A stretch of DNA of 64,000 bases from Chrysomallon squamiferum (taxonomy: Eukaryota > Animalia > Mollusca): assembly GCA_012295275.1 (NCBI GenBank), contig CM022670.1, positions 15,810,001 through 15,874,000 on the forward strand. Direction: 5' to 3'. This document shows, piece by piece, positions 61,674-64,000 of this stretch. The position numbers and the translations under genes were made by a program. Position 1 is the first letter of the stretch. Each line of letters starts with the position of its first letter. The notes under the pieces are model-generated. The model was not told the origin of the DNA. It ran no database searches and saw only the letters and a program-made list of their open reading frames with translations.

Positions 61674-63501
61674 CATGTATATATCCTTGTATGTATAAAT
61701 GAATGAATGAGTCAGTAATGAAGAAGATAAAAGAAACAATGATTAGTTACTCTGTGAATGTTTTTACAAACTTGTACAGAAAATATACACCTTGAATTCC
61801 CTAGGGGGTCAGCCTCAATCTCTTTACTTTAATTCTTGATGACAGGTCTGTCAAAGTAGGTGTTAAAACCCTTTTGACATTGAATCCACCTCCTATATCA
61901 TTTCATCTACCCTGGAGGCTTTTACCCCAGATTATTGTCAGTTGGAGTGGATTGATCACAGATATTTACACTGAGTCCCGTGCGATAGTGCAGTTATCTC
62001 ATATATGCATGAAAAGCATTTTAAAACTCTGTAACACCTTTGTGGTGCATCTTTAGTTTATTGAGTGTGCTCTGTGCAGTATTAAAGTTCTATCTGTGTT
62101 ATGTTTCGACTTATCGTGTATATATTTAATTCAGTTAAATATACCTGCTGGTTACTTAATAATTGTATATCCCATGTAGGTAGTGATAAAATTATTGCCT
62201 GTTGGCAGTTATGCTATAAATGATGACAATCTTCAACTTTTACTACTGATATTTTTAATAATACATTTTTGTAAAATATTAATTTAAAAAAATAATGATG
62301 ATAATAATAATAATAAAATTGTTGTAATCAAGTGGCACATTGCCATTAATTTTTTAAAAGAAACTGATGACAGGCACTGCTTTGTATAAAACGTTATTCT
62401 AAAATAACTTAAAACATATATATTAATTTAATGAAAGTAGTGTAATTGTTTTGCCTAGTAGATCATTTCATAAACATGTACTCCAAATCTGGAACGGGAG
62501 ATGGCTGGAGTAACCCACATACTTTTTCCTGCAACCAGGGACTTGTTCGTGTTAAGTGACACTTGTTAAAAATAACAGCACTGTCATGCCACACTTAACA
62601 AATAGCAGTTTTTTCTCTTCACAAACCTAATTATGTTTTTGACAACACAGGCTCGATGTCGCAGCCTGTTTTATGGCAGTATTCCATGTAGAACTGAGGA
62701 AACAGAGACAATGTAAATGTAGTTATTTAAATAATGAATCATATCTGCAGTTTTAATGGTGTTCTTTTCTATAAACAGACACAATATGCTGTTTGTGTCA
62801 GTGTTTTTTTAACTTACATCAAATGTCAGAAAATTTATTCTTGTTATATATAGTTGCTTTTCTTTTCTCAAGTTCTTGTTTGCAAAAGAATTAAATATTA
62901 TAATTATCTTAGGTAAAATATTGTAGGTTATAAATAAATCTCTTTGAAATGTTTTTTAACTTATTGTTAAAGCATGTTAAATTATTTTAAGATTAATGAA
63001 GATAATTAAAATATAATTTTACTTTTGAAAATAAATGATGTAAAGTAATTTTGACCATAATGTCAAAAAAAATCAATAATTTTTCTGGAAGACAATTAAA
63101 CTACAACGTTTAAACTGTATAAATATTATAATTGTCTGTATTGCTAAAATAATTAAAATAAAATGTTAAAGACATTTGAAATTATATAATTTAAAAGAAT
63201 ATTTGTAGCAATATTAAAAATAATTTTAAATTAGATGCATCTTTTTTTAACAGTAATTTTAATTACTGTGATAACACATTTTAAAATTAAATAATTATCA
63301 GTGACAATAATTTAACTAAATCCATCAAACTGATAACTTTAAAACTGTTTTATTTACTAATGCTACAGTTAAAATGTCTACCACAGGTAAATTTTAACTA
63401 TAGTATGGTAAATAAAACATTTTTACTAGTATTGTGAAACACAGCAATTTTTATCTGTGATCATTACCACTAAAAAATGTTATTAACAAAGTTGTATCTT
63501 G

Positions 63502-63504
<3 letters not shown>

Positions 63505-63585
<81 letters not shown>
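63505..63585. repeat. (TC)n microsatellite
   Basis: Directly visible; explains the ERERER ORF. Confidence 0.95.
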
Positions 63586-63587
<2 letters not shown>

Positions 63588-64000
63588 ATCTGGAATCCTG
63601 AACTGCTGGGATTTTTGTTTCTGACGGAGTAATTGTCACTGGAAATCTATCAGATTATATAGCCCATTACACCTCCATTGAGGAAAGCAGAATACCACTT
63701 TCCTAACCCTCCACATGCCTAATGACGTGAACCGCTCGTTTCTTCACCTGGCTGTCAGAAAGTGTTTCGTTCCTCACCGGCCATCTCGCCCACCTATGTT
63801 CTCAGCGCCAGCTCTGATATGTTCATTTTATTTCCCATTTTATTTCCCTTCTCAGTATTCACGCGGAATGTCTAACTGCCGGGCATGAGACTGGAGCTAA
63901 TGCCGCAAGTTTTTCCAGATCGTACAGCGTAAAACATATGGCAGACTCTATCTAGGGAGGTCTCTGAGACGTTTTTAGGTCTTTGTTAAATTATAGAGAA

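Noticed and set aside
63820-63935. Strong acceptor tttcccttctcag near the window end as exon 2
   Set aside because: In phase 1 it reaches TAA after five codons, and the other frames also close quickly.

Overview
Eukaryotic, AT-rich, intron-containing animal genomic DNA; a lophotrochozoan such as a mollusc is inferred from composition and repeat style, not proven. Reading splice sites by hand gives: a complete 4-exon MMACHC/cblC gene (+, 2129-4384); a complete 9-coding-exon GALE gene (-, 16571-9820); two tandem single-coding-exon FBXO39/FBXO33-like F-box proteins (+, 21554-23026 and 24200-25645), each ATG directly behind an acceptor-like AG; a divergent CDC14-family phosphatase gene (-, ~42705-31445); and a signal-peptide first exon (+, 47888-47939) whose intron runs off the window. 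Also present are decayed RTE-type LINE and Tc1/mariner relics, a small MITE, and many mini- and microsatellites. The most notable signal is in CDC14. It has a duplicated, phase-incompatible (mutually exclusive) exon pair, one copy resembling vertebrate CDC14B and the other CDC14A, and the CDC14A-like copy starts with an in-frame TGA. It also has a frame-preserving exon with a single in-frame TAG, and altered substrate-recognition residues around an intact catalytic motif. Comparisons to human proteins are from recall, not from alignments run here.
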